NCBI RefSeq assembly: GCF_006345805.1
Contig: NC_042997.1
Span: 130,386,001-130,450,000 of the forward strand
Reading direction: 5' to 3'
Origin: Octopus sinensis
Taxonomy: Eukaryota
DNA length: 64,000 nt
The notes below the pieces were generated by a model. The model was not told where the DNA came from, did no database searches, and was given only the letters and a program-made list of their open reading frames with translations. Below are positions 40,207 to 54,343 of the stretch, in pieces. The stretch's first letter is position 1; each line of letters opens with the position of its first letter. The position numbers and the translations under genes were made by a program.

Positions 40207-40907
40207 TTAATATATATATATATATATATATACATATATATATAGTTGTATGTATAATATATATATATATATATATATATATGTAAAAACAAGAAAAATA
40301 AGTTTTGTTTAATAATCATATCCTTACAATCGTTTCGATGGTTTGACACATCCGCATCTTCAGAGAAAGAATATCAAACAGTTGCATATCATGTTTATAG
40401 TGGTAAGAACGCCAGACTATATACATGTGTGTGTTTGTGTGTGTGTGTAAGTGTAAAATAATATTTTTGGCAGTGCTTGATGAATTCATTATGTGATTGC
40501 TAGTGGTTTCTGAAATTATTGCGAACCTTTTGGCAGCTGAACTAAAATCTCATAAATGGTTTGTGTAATGTATTGATGTATTTTTTTACTGTTAACTAAG
40601 ACGGCTGACTGTATTCACCCTGTTCTTTGCATTCTGACTTCTTGACTTAATATGTATGAGACCTAGTTTACACCATCATCTGGTTCTTGGGTAATAGACT
40701 TTATCTAACAGCTAGTGTAATACCTTGTCCTTGGATACCTTTAGTGGAGTTCATTCTGTTGTAAGCATCTGGCCCAGATCTGTAGTTTGAGGATAATTTA
40801 AATCTCCCTCCTCCCATCAGCCTTGAAGACCTTTGCAAAAATAGTCATGGGTTCTGTTCTTCCTTGATGAAACAGTAAAAGAATTACTTGTTGATATTAC
40901 CTAAATA

Positions 40908-41322
40908 GGCGTAGGAGTGGCTGTGTGGTAAGTAGCTTGCTTACCAACCACATGCTTCCAGGTTCAGTCTCACTGCGTGGCACTTTGGGAAAGTGTCTTC
41001 TACTATAGCCTAGGGCCGACCAAAGCCTTGTGAGTGGATTTGGAAGATGGAAACTGAAAGAAGCCCGTCATATATATGTATATTTATATATGTATGTGTG
41101 TGTATATGTTTGTGTGTCTGTGTTTGTCCCCACAACATCGCTTGACAACCAATGCTGGCATGTTTACGTCCCTGTAACTTAGCGGTTCGGCAAAAAGCGA
41201 CTGATAGAATAAGTACTAGGTTTACAAAGAATAAGTTCTGGGGTCGATTTGCTCAACTAAAGATGGTGCTCCAGCATGGCCACAATCAAATGACTGAAAC
41301 AAGTAAAAGAGTGAAAGAGTAA
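40908..41322 (+). mobile_element. Full-length SINE family A
   Basis: ggcgtaggagtggctgtgtggtaag..gtaaaagag. Confidence 0.9.
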
Positions 41323-41557
41323 AAAAAGAACTGAACATCTCCAAATTATGCCCTTGCTTCTTCAAAAACGTACACATTAAATGATGCCTTCTTAGATACA
41401 TTATGTCTGAATAAAACAAGAGTGGCTAAGGCTGGAGTACCTTTTGTTTATTGGTCTATTCAATCAGGATTGACCTGGGACTAAATAACTAATACTTAAA
41501 AATATATACTTTAAATTTACATTATATTCAATGTAAATATATATATATATATATATA

Positions 41558-41733
41558 GGGAAAGTTTACAAAAAAAAACAAAAGACGAAGACAGGTGGTG
41601 TACAAAACAAACAGATGTATTAGTATAATGCTCAGGAATAGAAAAAGTCTTTTACGTTTCGAGCCTACGCTCTTCTACAGAAAAGTACACGGAAAAAACA
41701 AGGAGAGAAAAAAAATGTGTGTAGTGGCTAATA
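41558..41733 (-). mobile_element. Short Penelope-like terminal element, family P2
   Basis: Motif at 41649-41685 on the minus strand: CUUUU-CUGUAGA-A-GAGC-guag-GCUC-GAAAC-GUA-AAAG; abuts (TA)n. Confidence 0.55.
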
Positions 41734-41760
41734 ACACACACACACACATATATACTTACA

Positions 41761-41804
<44 letters not shown>

Positions 41805-42304
41805 TATATATATATACACATAATATATACACTATATTTACACACAAGAATATTAGATGCACACCAATTTCAACAGCATATATTGAGGTTTCTAGGGTAT
41901 GTATGTATAATAAGCTTAACTTTGCATATAGGACCCTGGGTGACTTTTTGAAGAAAATTAAAGAATAAGATTGTTTTATCTATTGAGAATTGAAAGTCCC
42001 AAAACATTTGTCTACCAATTTCTAGCAGAAATCTCTTGATAAATCAGGTAATTTTTACAACATTAAATTGTATTTGTCTAACTGATTATATGCTGTGGCT
42101 TCATTTATGAAAACAAAACATAACTTAGAATCACTTCTAAAAACATGAAAAGTTGTTATTCTTCTTAATGTTGGTCACTTGTTTCTGATAAACTATTGAC
42201 AGAAGCCTCTCCCCCACAATCCCTCTCTCCAATGTCTCTTACTGCCCTTCCTCCTCTTCTCGCTCAATATTTGGAAGTGTAAGAGATAAAAGGGCGAGAT
42301 AATA

Positions 42305-42313
42305 TGTATGTAT

Positions 42314-42346
<33 letters not shown>

Positions 42347-42504
42347 ATATATATATGTATATATATATATATATATATATACATATGTATATATATATAA
42401 TATATGTATGTATATATATATGTATATATATATATATATGTATGTATATATATATGTTGTATATATATATGTATGTATATATATATCTATATGAATATAA
42501 TGTG

Positions 42505-42535
<31 letters not shown>

Positions 42536-42546
42536 ATATATATATA

Positions 42547-42629
<83 letters not shown>

Positions 42630-42774
42630 GAAAGGGACCTTACTTATTTCTCACAAATTACTGTCAAGTGTAGCCACCATGTTTATCATCAGGGAAACAT
42701 TGAAACATTCATATAGACTTACATCTATTGGTTTACTTATCAATTGGCAAAGGGTGTTTATCTCCTGGATCTTA

Positions 42775-42838
<64 letters not shown>

Positions 42839-42915
42839 ACACACACACACGCACGCACACGCACACACACATACACAGACACACACACTCACGTATGCAC
42901 ACTTATGCACGCATA
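42305..42915. repeat. (AT)n and (CA)n microsatellite blocks
   Basis: Direct reading; a short unique spacer lies at ~42625-42778. Confidence 0.95.
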
Positions 42916-43963
42916 CACACAGAAGTACATGGTTGCCTGTTAGATGTAAGTTGGGGGGGGTGATGTCGGTGGTAGTGGCATATGAATAAAGATAGAAACT
43001 CCTCCTTCCCCACGCACCCTTCATATTATAGCTGAAAGTGATTTAAAAACTGCTGACACTAACAGATCTGTGTCTACCCCTACAAGACTGTCCTGAGAAT
43101 AGTAGATCTGGGAAGGGCTCTCTCTTTCACTCTGACTGTCTGTCTCTCATTCCCCTCCCCCCCCCCGGAAGACTTCTGTCATCCCCTCAACATAACTGCT
43201 CCACCTTTGCTTCTCTCCCCCCCTCTCTCTCTCTCACATACACACACATACATACATACATACAATAGTCACTACAATAGTGCTAACCATATCCTTAACC
43301 CCCACCCCACTCCATCCGCTTCTTGAATACAACCATTACAGGAAAGATCACCACCAGCCCCATACCTTCTTAACACCACTTCCTTACCCAACAAACACCA
43401 TAGCCACCCTATCCACCAGCAAAAATATACACGCCCACCCTCACCTGAACACCACTTCACTATCTACCTTACATCCCTATCCACCCAACATTCTAGTAAA
43501 ACCCAGAAGAATGATGCATTCCCCCCCACCACCAACTAAAACTCCTTCCTTACCCAACACTATTCACAGCCACCCCATTCAAGATATACTTCCCCATCCT
43601 CACCAAAACAACTATTCTTCTATCCACCCCACACCATGGAAGACCCTCTCACCCACCCCATTATTCCACTACCCACCTTACACTGTAGCTGAGCAACAAC
43701 CCCCACCCCCACCCCCACCACAACTACCACTACACCACTTCTCTATCCATCATACAACCCTGTAATACCATCCATCTCCCCTTTTTAACCCCCACCTCTT
43801 TTTTTGCTCTTCTTAGATTTCACTTGAAGTCAGTTGAAGTTTTTGTCATATTTATAATTTCCTTCAGTTCAAAATGGATCTAGCTGGACTCTTCCTACCA
43901 CAAACTATACTTCACTCTTGCTGTGTGAATGTGTGTAGCTGTAGCTACATGTATGTGTATATT

Positions 43964-44029
<66 letters not shown>

Positions 44030-44181
44030 TTAGAAAAAACCCACCCTTTATCAATTCAATAATGAAAAAATGAAATTATACCATCTAAAAAATTACATAT
44101 TATAGAAAGATGAAATATAAGATAAAACATATAACAATGATTAAGTAATGTGCAAAATAAGTTTGGAATAATATTTCCTAA

Positions 44182-44212
<31 letters not shown>

Positions 44213-44232
44213 TATTATTATTATTATTATAT

Positions 44233-44264
<32 letters not shown>

Positions 44265-44768
44265 CACACACATAATCTTGAATAGTGTGTCTATATGTGG
44301 GTGTCTATGTTCTTGAAAAGTGTGTGAATATTAGTGCTTGTGTATGAGTGAGCGTGTGTCAGTGTGTGTCAGTGTGTATGTTTGTGTGTACACTTCATAT
44401 TAAATTTTGTGCCTTTATATGTTTCTCTGTATATGTGTGTGGTGTCTGATTGATTTATATGCATGATGATTCATGGAGATTTTTGTTTAATGATTGAGCA
44501 TATCTGTAATTCCACTTTGGTATATTAAGATGAAGTAAAGAAGGGTCATGAACTTTTAATGTCCCAAACAAATCATAATATGAAAAAAAATCTTTAATAA
44601 AAAGATTAAACTCAATCACAGTCATGTTTTCAATATAGCAAATTCAAAAGGAAAACTCTTTAATACGTATATAAATATAATAATAATAGTAGGGAATATA
44701 ATTCCAAAACTTATAGGAAAAAATTCAATTTAACAATTTTAAATCAAATTTCACAATATATAATTTAC

Positions 44769-45029
44769 GCTAAGTTACGGAGACGTAAACACATCAGCAT
44801 CGGTTGTCAAGCGAAGTTGGGGGGACAAACACAGACACGCAAACACATACACATATATATACATATACATATATACGACAGGATTTTTTCAGTTTACATC
44901 TACCAAATCCACTCACGAGGCTTTGGTCTGCCCAAGGCTATAGTGGAAGACGCCCAAAGCGCCATGCAGTGGGACTGAATCCGGAAGCATGTGGTTGGTA
45001 AGCAAGCTACTTACCACACAGCCACTCCT
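44769..45029 (-). mobile_element. SINE family A, 5' two-thirds
   Basis: Reverse complement of head and core. Confidence 0.85.
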
Positions 45030-45254
45030 TTCTGGATAGGACACTGGTCTGTTGCTGGATTATTCCTTTTTACCAGATGAGTGGAGTGGAACAATGTGAA
45101 ATGAAGTGTTTGACTCAAGAATACAATGCATTGTCCAATCTAGGAATTGAAACCATAATCTTACAATCATGAGTCCAATACCTTAACCACTAAGCCATGT
45201 GCCTTCACTTGATAATGTGGTGATTGGTATAAATCGTTTAAAAGATGTATAAAA

Positions 45255-45489
45255 GGCGGTGAGCTGGCAGAATCGATTGCACACCGGGCAAAATACTTAG
45301 CGGTATTTGTCTGCTGCTACGTTCTGAGTTCAAATTCCGCCGAGGTCGACTTTGCCTTTCATCCTTTCAGGGTCGATTAAATAAGTACCAGTCACGCACT
45401 GGGTCGATATAATCGACTTAATTCGTTTGTCTGTCCTTGTTTGTCCTGTCTGTGTTTAGCCCCTTGTAGGTAGTAAAGAAATAGAAATA
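45255..45489 (+). mobile_element. SINE family D
   Basis: ggcggtgagctggcagaa head; 14-bp direct repeat GGTATAAATCGTTT at 45226-45239 and 45490-45503. Confidence 0.85.
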
Positions 45490-45941
45490 GGTATAAATCG
45501 TTTGTAAAACAGAACTGAAAGATCATCATGGTTTGACTTTCTTTCATCTTAATAGGTCTACCGGATCAAGTGTAACCTGGGGTTAAACAACAACAACAAC
45601 ATCATGAAAACGACAATTTAGTATTGCCTGTTTTTCTAATAGAAAACCAAAACACAAATAAGTAATTGTTAAAGACAGGGCTGGTGTGAAATAGATATCA
45701 CTTTTTTGAACGCATCTATAGTTTGTCTTCTGGTTTCTAGTGAAGGAGTCCAAACATCTTCCTCAATCTCCAAGCAAGTGTTGACCTTTCTTAAACATTT
45801 GGTTAATTATTGTGTCTGACATGGGTTTATTTCAAACATAAATTTCTGCCAAAATTTGGATTGGTTTTCACTTGTTTATTGAGACAGTCTCACTTCAGTT
45901 AAGACATTTCTACTTAATTCTATTTGTTCTGAAAAGAAAAG

Positions 45942-45946
<5 letters not shown>

Positions 45947-46004
<58 letters not shown>
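45947..46004. repeat. (GA)n microsatellite
   Basis: Direct reading. Confidence 0.98.
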
Positions 46005-46009
<5 letters not shown>

Positions 46010-46598
46010 AAAAAAGAAAAACATCTTGGAGAAAATAAAGAGAAAGAACTTGATATTGTGTTTTTCTTTTCATAAATTCTCTCTCATTCAATGTTTGTCA
46101 TCCACTTTCTCCACATCATCATCATCATCATCAGCATTGGACCACTTTAATAAATGACTTCATCTGTTGTCTTGAAGTTCCAAGCTGTAGGCAAGCTTCC
46201 TTAGGAAGGAAATGTCTCCCAGTAAACAAGGAATGGTTCTGAGGAAGCAGCACCTACTTTCAGGAGGTTCCTACCTGAAGTCACTTTTGATATCGCCTCC
46301 ATTTCCTGTTGTTATTTCTTAATTTTGTGCTTGTGTTGTAAGAGACACATATTTCTCTTGGCATTGTTTGTTTGTTGATTGTTCTGTAGCTGTTAGCACT
46401 CTCGCATTCATACAAATATTATGATGTACTGAGACACACAGACATACAGATATATGTTGCTCATATCTATGTATATACATATTGCCTATAGTTGATTTAC
46501 ACACACACACATGCACTGATACAATCATAAATACATACAACCTATTCACGCTGCATATTGTACATAAATAGACATACTATTTACATATTATATACATA

Positions 46599-46967
46599 TC
46601 TCTACATATATAAATGGCAAAATGTCTGTCTGTCTGTGTGTGTATCCATTATACAAATCCACAATTTTTCAGTTAGAGGGTTTGCACTCTCTACGGTCAT
46701 TCAAAACCGTCCAAGGGTGGTCATGCATATCTTTACACTTCCCTAGTCACCCCGCAAAGCCATTAAAAAATCAATAGAAGTGAGTTTTTTGTGAATTTTC
46801 TATCCAAAACCCAATCAAAATGCCCGAAACTTGATATGCCAATTGAATGCCAGCTAGCTGTATGTGATTGGTCGGAGATTTGGACAGTACTCACGTGTAT
46901 GTGCGCACGCACACCGCTGTATATGCATGCACTAGCGTGCATATACATTCACGGGTCATAGTGCTAG
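46599..46967 (+). mobile_element. Non-autonomous Helitron, family H3
   Basis: A|TCTCTACATATATAAA start; ends cacgggtcatagtgCTAG|T. Confidence 0.7.
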
Positions 46968-47034
46968 TTTTTATATATAGTACATTCAGTCTATAAATAT
47001 ATGTATACAGAAATACTATGTACATTCATGTGTG

Positions 47035-47820
47035 TGTGAACAGTTATGCTACATGGCAATGAAACATGGGCTGTGACAGCCGAGGACATGCATAGGCAAG
47101 AAAGAAATGAAGCCAGTATGCTTCACTGGATGTGCAATGCCAGTGTGCATGTTCGACAGAGAGTAAGTATCTTGAAAGAAAAGTTGGGAATAAGAGGCAT
47201 CAGATGTGGTGTGCAAGAAAGGCGACTGCACTGGTATGGTCATGTGATGTGTATAGACAAGGACAGCTGTGTAAAGAAGTGCTGATCTCTAACTATGAAG
47301 GGAACCTGTGGTAGAGGCAGTACCAGGAAGACATGGGATGCGATGGTGAAGCATGATCTTTGAACTTTGGGCTTCACAGAGGCAATGACTAGTGACCAAG
47401 ACCTTTGGCAATATGCTGTGCTTGAGAAGACCCATCAGGCCAAGTGAAATCGTAGTTGTGGATGATGCTGGTATCATGTAACTGGCACCCATGCTGGTGG
47501 CATGTAAAAAGCACCTTTCGAGTGTTGGGCCTCATGGAGGCAATGACCAAGATCTTTGGCATTATGTCATGCTTGAGACGAAGACCCACCAAGCCAAGAA
47601 AATTGCAGTCATGGCAGATACTGGTGTCACACAAATGGCACCCATGCCAGTGGCATGTAAAAGCACACATTACACTCTCAAAATGGTCGGCATTAGGAAG
47701 GACATCCAGCCATAGAAACCATGCCAAATCAGACTGGAGTCTGATGCGGCCTTCCATTTTGCAAGCCCTGGTCAAACCATCCAACCCATGGACAACAGAC
47801 GTTAAATGATGATGATGATA
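47035..47820 (+). mobile_element. RTE LINE 3' end (RT C-terminus and 3' UTR) with an internal duplication
   Basis: MLHGNETWAVTAEDM..RLHWYGHV..KTWDAMVKHDL..DLWQYAVLEKT, followed by the family B UTR; 47521-47640 repeats the ORF end and UTR start. Confidence 0.9.
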
Positions 47821-49496
47821 CTATATACATTTTTTAAATGTATATAATACTTACAGCCTATACATGCTACATATATATAAATATGTAAACATTACTATAT
47901 ACATAGAACTGGCAGTCTATCAGTTACGACGAGGATTCAAGTTGATCTGATCAACAGAACAGCCTGCTCTTGAAATTGAGATGTCAGAGTCATAATCAGT
48001 TTGTAAGGATTGGTTCTTCATTGATTGCCACTATGTAAAGATGAAGGAACAATGATTGAAGTTGTGAAGAAAATATTTATTTACCATTATATCGAATATA
48101 CCTTGCCTTGTTGGGCAGGTGATAAAATCCTAGCATATGCGAAGTAAAGTTAGATGTGGTAGATTTTCCTTGTATAGTTTTTTGTACACATTTTCTTTGC
48201 CGTAATCCACAGATAGCAGTAGAATAATGTTGTAAGAGAACAGAATTAGAGCTAGTGAAGGCTGTTGGGTTGTGGGAAGATGTCTCATAGCTGCTGACAG
48301 TAAATTTCATTTCCCCCTTTGACCAGTCTTTAGTAGCTGCCATACTTGTGACTATGATTCTAGCGCTCCGTTCCCTAACTGATAGTAGCTGTCTTTGACT
48401 TGAGTTGTCATTCATTAACTAACTGATTGAGTTGTCAAGAGCTGACTAACGGATTTTTGCTTGGGGTTCTTGTTTTATAACTATCCAGAAGGATAGAAAT
48501 ATCATTGAGAGCAATAGATTTAGTTGGTGGTCTTGTTATCTTAATTCTAGCTTTTGGTGAAATAGAAGAGGTTAGAAAGGTCAAGTGGTGAAGACATTAT
48601 TTTGGCCTAGCTAAAGCAATCTGGCAAATGTAAAACTGCTGTCACAGAAAAACTATTGTTCCACCATGAGAAAAGTTGTTGAAGTGTTAATTTAAATTTG
48701 GCTATGGTGGATCAAAACCACTTCATGCCTGCAAGATCCACTACATATATATATACATATGTATGTATACATACTATATGAATATTTTGAAATGGTTTCT
48801 TTTTTTTTGTCAGAGAAAGAAAGAACTATTCTCAAACTAGGGACCTAGTCCCAAGTGCTATGAACATTATAAGCTCTGCTAAATGCCTTCATGTACACAA
48901 AGATTGGATGGTATGTGTGTATATGTGTGTGTGTGTGTGTGTGCATGTGCATGTGCATGTGTGCATGCGTGTGTGTGTGTGTGTGTCCATGTGTGTATGT
49001 GTGATATATATACATTTCCTTCTTTTAGAACTGACAAACTCAGTATGCAACCAGTAATTTATTTATCAACCCACAGAAAAGATGACAGCGAAATTGACAT
49101 TGGTGGGATTTGAACCCAGAGCTCAGAGATCTGAAATGATTAATATAAAGCAATCTATCTGACATTGAAGAGAAATCTTAGACCTTTTGCTTCAGTTCTT
49201 GGCAATGTTACATATGTAAGGTCACCTTGAGAGAATGTCAGAGATTGGCTGGTATAGCTTTGTGGCTATTTTTCGAAGGACTTTTTTTGCATTTTCTATG
49301 TAGAAGAAATGTGAATTGTCTGACTCTGTGTATGAGTGTGTGTGTGTATGTGCATGTGTTTTGTGTGGTGCATGTTTGTGTTTTATGCACATGTGCATAT
49401 GTGCATGTCTGTATGTATGTGTCACATGTTCATCATGGGTATGCATGCATGTGTGCGCATACTTGTTTGTGCATATGTTTATGTGTGTGTGTGTGC

Positions 49497-49532
<36 letters not shown>

Positions 49533-49714
49533 TGTGTGTTGCGTTTGAGTGCTATGTGCTGTCAAAAGAAGTTACTCATGGCAGAAGGTTGAGCTGTTGA
49601 GGTTTACTCACAACAAAGTAACAGACGATGACAGGGATTTATGTGTTTTTGTGTAACAGACACATCCAACCCATGCTAGCATGTAAAACGGACACTAACA
49701 GTCGTAGTGGTGTT

Positions 49715-49819
49715 GATGTTGTTGTTGTTGTCAGTGGTGGTGGTGGTGGTAGTGGTGGTGGTGGTGGCAGTGGTGCTTGTAGGGGTAGTGCTGCTGCTGC
49801 TGATGATGATGATGATGAA

Positions 49820-49861
<42 letters not shown>

Positions 49862-49870
49862 AGTAATGTC
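49715..49870. repeat. (GTT)/(GGT)/(GCT)/(GAT)n trinucleotide block
   Basis: Direct reading. Confidence 0.97.
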
Positions 49871-51656
49871 AATAATGATGTTGGCAATAATGACGATATT
49901 TGCATATATATATGTATTGCTATATATGCTTTTTTGCAAGACTGTAAAGTTGATAAATATCTTCGTCTGATATGATATCAATATCTAACTTTTAAAGTGC
50001 TGTGTGATCCAGACAGCTAAAACACACAAGAAAATGTCACCAAATGATTAGGTAGCTGGATATATCATTTAATGGATACTAGAGTTTCAGCTAAGAAACG
50101 ACACCAACCTCATATTTCCTTGTTTTGTCTACACTATTGTTATTTACATTTACCCACTGACAAGCATTGAGCAACTTACTCTAAATACATTATAGAAATC
50201 TGACCTTGTCTGGAATATTCTACCGATCACTCTCTGGTTTTCTAATCTCAAGAGAAGTAAGAAATCTAAATAAAAGTCTTGAATTTCTAAAATGTTAAAA
50301 TAATGGAAGAAAAGAGAATAAATATTAAAAGTGCTGACTGAACAGCAAACCATAAGCATTTAATGACCATGTTTCATGCTGGCATGGGAAGGACAGTTTG
50401 ACAGGATCTAATGTGTTCAAGACTGCACCATGCTCTTGCTTCGGTTTTGGTAGGTTTCTACAGCTGGAAGCTGTTCCTAATGCCAACCACTTTACGGCAT
50501 GAAATGGACACTTTTTCCATGCCACCTTCACTATTGAAGTCACTATGCAGCTCTTAGGGCCTTGAGTTCTGGGAGTGGTGGTGGTGGTAGCTTCATGTCT
50601 GGTCATGCTGTGTCATGCTGTGTCACACTGATTCTGTCTAAAATATGTTATGGGTATGCATGCTAATTCAATGAACAAGTATGGTAGAAATGTTAGCAAA
50701 CACCGGGCGAAATGTGTAGCCGTATTTCGTCTGCCGTTACATTCTGAGTTCAAATTCTGGAGACCTCTCCAGTGGTAACGTGCCCTTCCATGTGGCCTGA
50801 CCCGAACGCTAGAAATAGCAGATGCTTTTCCCCTACCTTGACAAAGCGCTCACACATCCAGCTCTGTCGGCTATCCCCAATCGAAAAGGCCCAATACTCC
50901 CCTGCTTGCATGCACGTCACTCCTGCCCCTTCCTCTTCTGGTCAGCCCCAAGTTCTGGTCAGCTCCCCAGCTGCTGACGTCATCCCACAATACTCAGCAT
51001 ACAACTGGAATATGTTGATTCCAAGACATGCAAGTACTATCTCTGAAGTGGATATATTGTTGAATTTTAATTCTTTCAATGACAGAGGAATTGCAAAATT
51101 CATAAGTTATAATCCGCTGTGCTATTTTCCCAAATATATCATACCTTTAATCTGGTAGAGGACCATTCTACACATTCCAATTGGTAATGGTCTATCACAT
51201 AGACTTCTGGAGACAGTTGAGCATGTGAAACTTTTCTTTATTGTCCATTCTGTTTGTGAATACCTCTATGTTCTGGCAATGATTGTTCTTGCTGTTGTTG
51301 TTGTTATTTAGTTTCAACTCAATTCAATCATGTTAACCACATAACAATGTTAACTAGATTGATCATATTATCACACTACCATAACCACTGTTAACTACTT
51401 TTACCAATTTTACAAATTAAAAAGAAAGCCTAGTGGAGCCAGTCTCATCAGAAAATGGAATTAAGATACACAGCATTCAACAACACCGCAATCAGCAACA
51501 TAGACGCTGCACTAAAGACCTTCAACAAAGTAATTATATGTAATTTCCAAAATACATATCCCACAAGGCTACATAAAAGGACAACTCCAATAACACAACA
51601 CAGATAGCCACACTGATTAAAATTATGGACAATATGATCCGTGCATCGAGGGGCTT

Positions 51657-51803
51657 GTAGCTTGCTTACAAACCACATGGTTTCGGGTTCAGTCCCACTG
51701 CGTGGCATCTTGGGCAAGTGTCTTCTACTATAGCCTTGGGCCGACCAAAGCCTTGTGAGTGGATTTGGTAGACGGAAACTGAAAGAAGCCCGTCGTATAT
51801 ATG

Positions 51804-51834
<31 letters not shown>

Positions 51835-52060
51835 ATGTTTGTGTGTCTGTTTGTCCCACCAACATTGCTTGACAACCGATGTTGGTGTGTTTATGTCCCT
51901 GTAACTTAGTGGTTCGGCAAAAGAGACCGATAGAATACGTACTAGGCTTACAAAGAATAAGTCCTGGGGTCGATTTGCTCAACTAAAGGCGATGCTCCAG
52001 CATGGCCGCAGTCACATGACTGAAACAAGTAAAAGAGTAGTGTAAAAAGAGTAAAGAGAG
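51657..52060 (+). mobile_element. SINE family A
   Basis: Slightly 5'-truncated head, core and tail. Confidence 0.88.
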
Positions 52061-52252
52061 TAATGCTGCAAAACAACAGAAATAAATTTCATTAAACAGC
52101 TAAGCAAGGAAATAACCAGGAAAATAAATTAACAGGAAAACTGAAAACTGGGAAAGTATTTATATGCGACATAGACCATAAAATAAACAAATAAAACACA
52201 ACATAGAGGAGCACTTTGTGGTGCATCTGAGCACTGTATACAATAATTTCAC

Positions 52253-52310
<58 letters not shown>

Positions 52311-52913
52311 ATATATCATCAATAACAATGACAATAATGCCAACAGCTACCACGCAACAACCCATCTCAAAATTACAACTGCAAATTATATATCCACACA
52401 TTGCTTGAAAATAGGCCGTCAAAAGTCATACAAACAACAAAGGAACTCAAAATGAAGAATTCTACATAGAATTTTGGTTCCTCTCTTCCATTAAATAGTC
52501 AAATAGCAATGAAATTTTAGCTGCAAAAGCTTGAAAGAATTGCAAACGTACAACTAAAATACCTAGGGCCTGAAGGAATCACATCCCTTCACCATTCTCC
52601 AGATAGTATGCATCTATTCCAACCCTACCTAGAAAAACCTGGCTCCATGACAACAAGCTTGAAGTAGCAAATACCAAATCTACCATTTCCCTTCTGATCA
52701 GGAACACCAGAAAACATCAAATACCACCAACTAATAGTTGAATAATGAATATACAGAAGACAAATGTATTAGATGTGGCATACAATGCCTCTTCAGTGTT
52801 AACAGCACAAATAGTCATATAGTTAGATACATAGATCCTGTTGCCAGGAAAACAAAATGACATACACATATATTTAAAGCACTCATAGGCACAAGATTTA
52901 ACCTACAGAAAGA

Positions 52914-53254
52914 AACACATGGTTCTGGGTTCAGTCCCACTGCATGGCACCTTGGGCAAGTGTCTTCTACTATAGCCTCAGGCCGACCAGACAGATTTGG
53001 TAGACAGAAACTGAAAGAAGCCCGTCGTATATATATATATATATGCATATGTATGTGTGCGTGTATATGTTTGTGTGTCTGTATTTGTCCCCCCAACATC
53101 ACTTGACAAGTGATGCTGGTGTGTTTACGACCCCGTAACTTAGCGCTTCGGCAAAAAGAAACCAATAGAATAAGTCCTGGAGTTGATTTGCTCGACTAAA
53201 GGTGGTGCTCCAGCATGGCCACAGTCAAATTACTGAAACAAGTAAAAGAGTAAA
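52914..53254 (+). mobile_element. SINE family A, 5'-truncated
   Basis: Core and tail match. Confidence 0.85.
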
Positions 53255-53583
53255 AAAAAGATCGCTCTGTCGGTTACGACAACGAGGGTCCCAGCTGATA
53301 TTTTCGACGGAACAGCTTGCTCGTGAAATTAACGTGCAAGTGACTGAGCACTCCACAGACACATGTACCCCTAATGTAGTTCTCAGGGAGATTCAGCGTG
53401 ACACAGAGTGTGACAAGGCCGGCCCTTTGAAATACAGGTACAACTCATTTTTGCCAGCTGAGTGGACTGGAGCAACATGAAATAAAGTGTCTTGCTCAAG
53501 GACACAATGCATCACCAAAAATTGAACTCACGACCTTACAACTGTGAGCCGAATGCCCTAACCACTAAGCCACATGCCTTCAC
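53255..53583 (-). mobile_element. tRNA-derived SINE, family E, inserted into the tail of a family A SINE
   Basis: Minus-strand head gtgaaggcatgtggcttagtggttagggcattcggc; shares the family C core but has a different tail; 14-bp TSD AGTAAAAGAGTAAA at 53241-53254 and 53584-53597. Confidence 0.82.
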
Positions 53584-54343
53584 AGTAAAAGAGTAAATAG
53601 TGTACAAACAATACATTAGATCCATCATAAAGTATTCTGATCCTGTCCCCCAGTCTATTCATAATAACCTACAACACAGTACAAACAACATAAAAAAGCA
53701 TATTTAACTTCATTATATGTTGTACACAGACCACCCTGTTTAGTCACCTGCACAATGGTCAGATTGAACTAAGAACCATGTGTTTGAAAAGCGATCTTCT
53801 TAGGCACACAGTGATGCCTTCACTCATGAAATTTTGTCCCAATTTTCTAAAGTTCTAATATTCAGAAACTAAATTTTCTCTTATCCCAACCCTTATCTTT
53901 CTGCATTGCTGATTAATACATCTTCTGTTTAGTAAGTCAAGCATATTAACATCTTTTAAGAAATCTTTCTCAATTCACTTTTTATACATTTATTTTGTTA
54001 GGTCTACAATTCTGCCTTATTTGAGTGAAAATAATATATATCAGCTGTACTTAGGATAAGGTTTCCAGGAAAGGAATGTTATTCCTTGAAAAGTAATCCT
54101 TTAAAGCATCTTTTATTTATCAAGAATTCCTACTAATTAATTGGAAGTAGTTTACAAATTGTCTGTCCATACTGACGCCAAAAAGATTCACTTTATGCTT
54201 AAGTAGACATGATGTGTGATGTTTGTGGTTTGTGAGGCTAGTAGCAGTGAAAGGCCAATGTATGTAATAGATATGGAAGAATTAGATCAGGGGAAGAAAA
54301 GATGTTAAATTAAAACAGAACCAACTGTATCAGATTATGTAAG

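Noticed and set aside
40328-40366. Canonical CUGAAGA..CGAAAC motif on the minus strand (similar decayed motif at ~12645-12685)
   Set aside because: Stem II cannot form without using core bases and the triplet after GAAAC is GAU, not NUH. Probably a decayed Penelope-like end; not called as a ribozyme.
51400-52800. A-rich segments between SINEs with faint LINE-like text (e.g. EDKCIRCGIQC)
   Set aside because: Too degenerate to assign a family or boundaries by eye.
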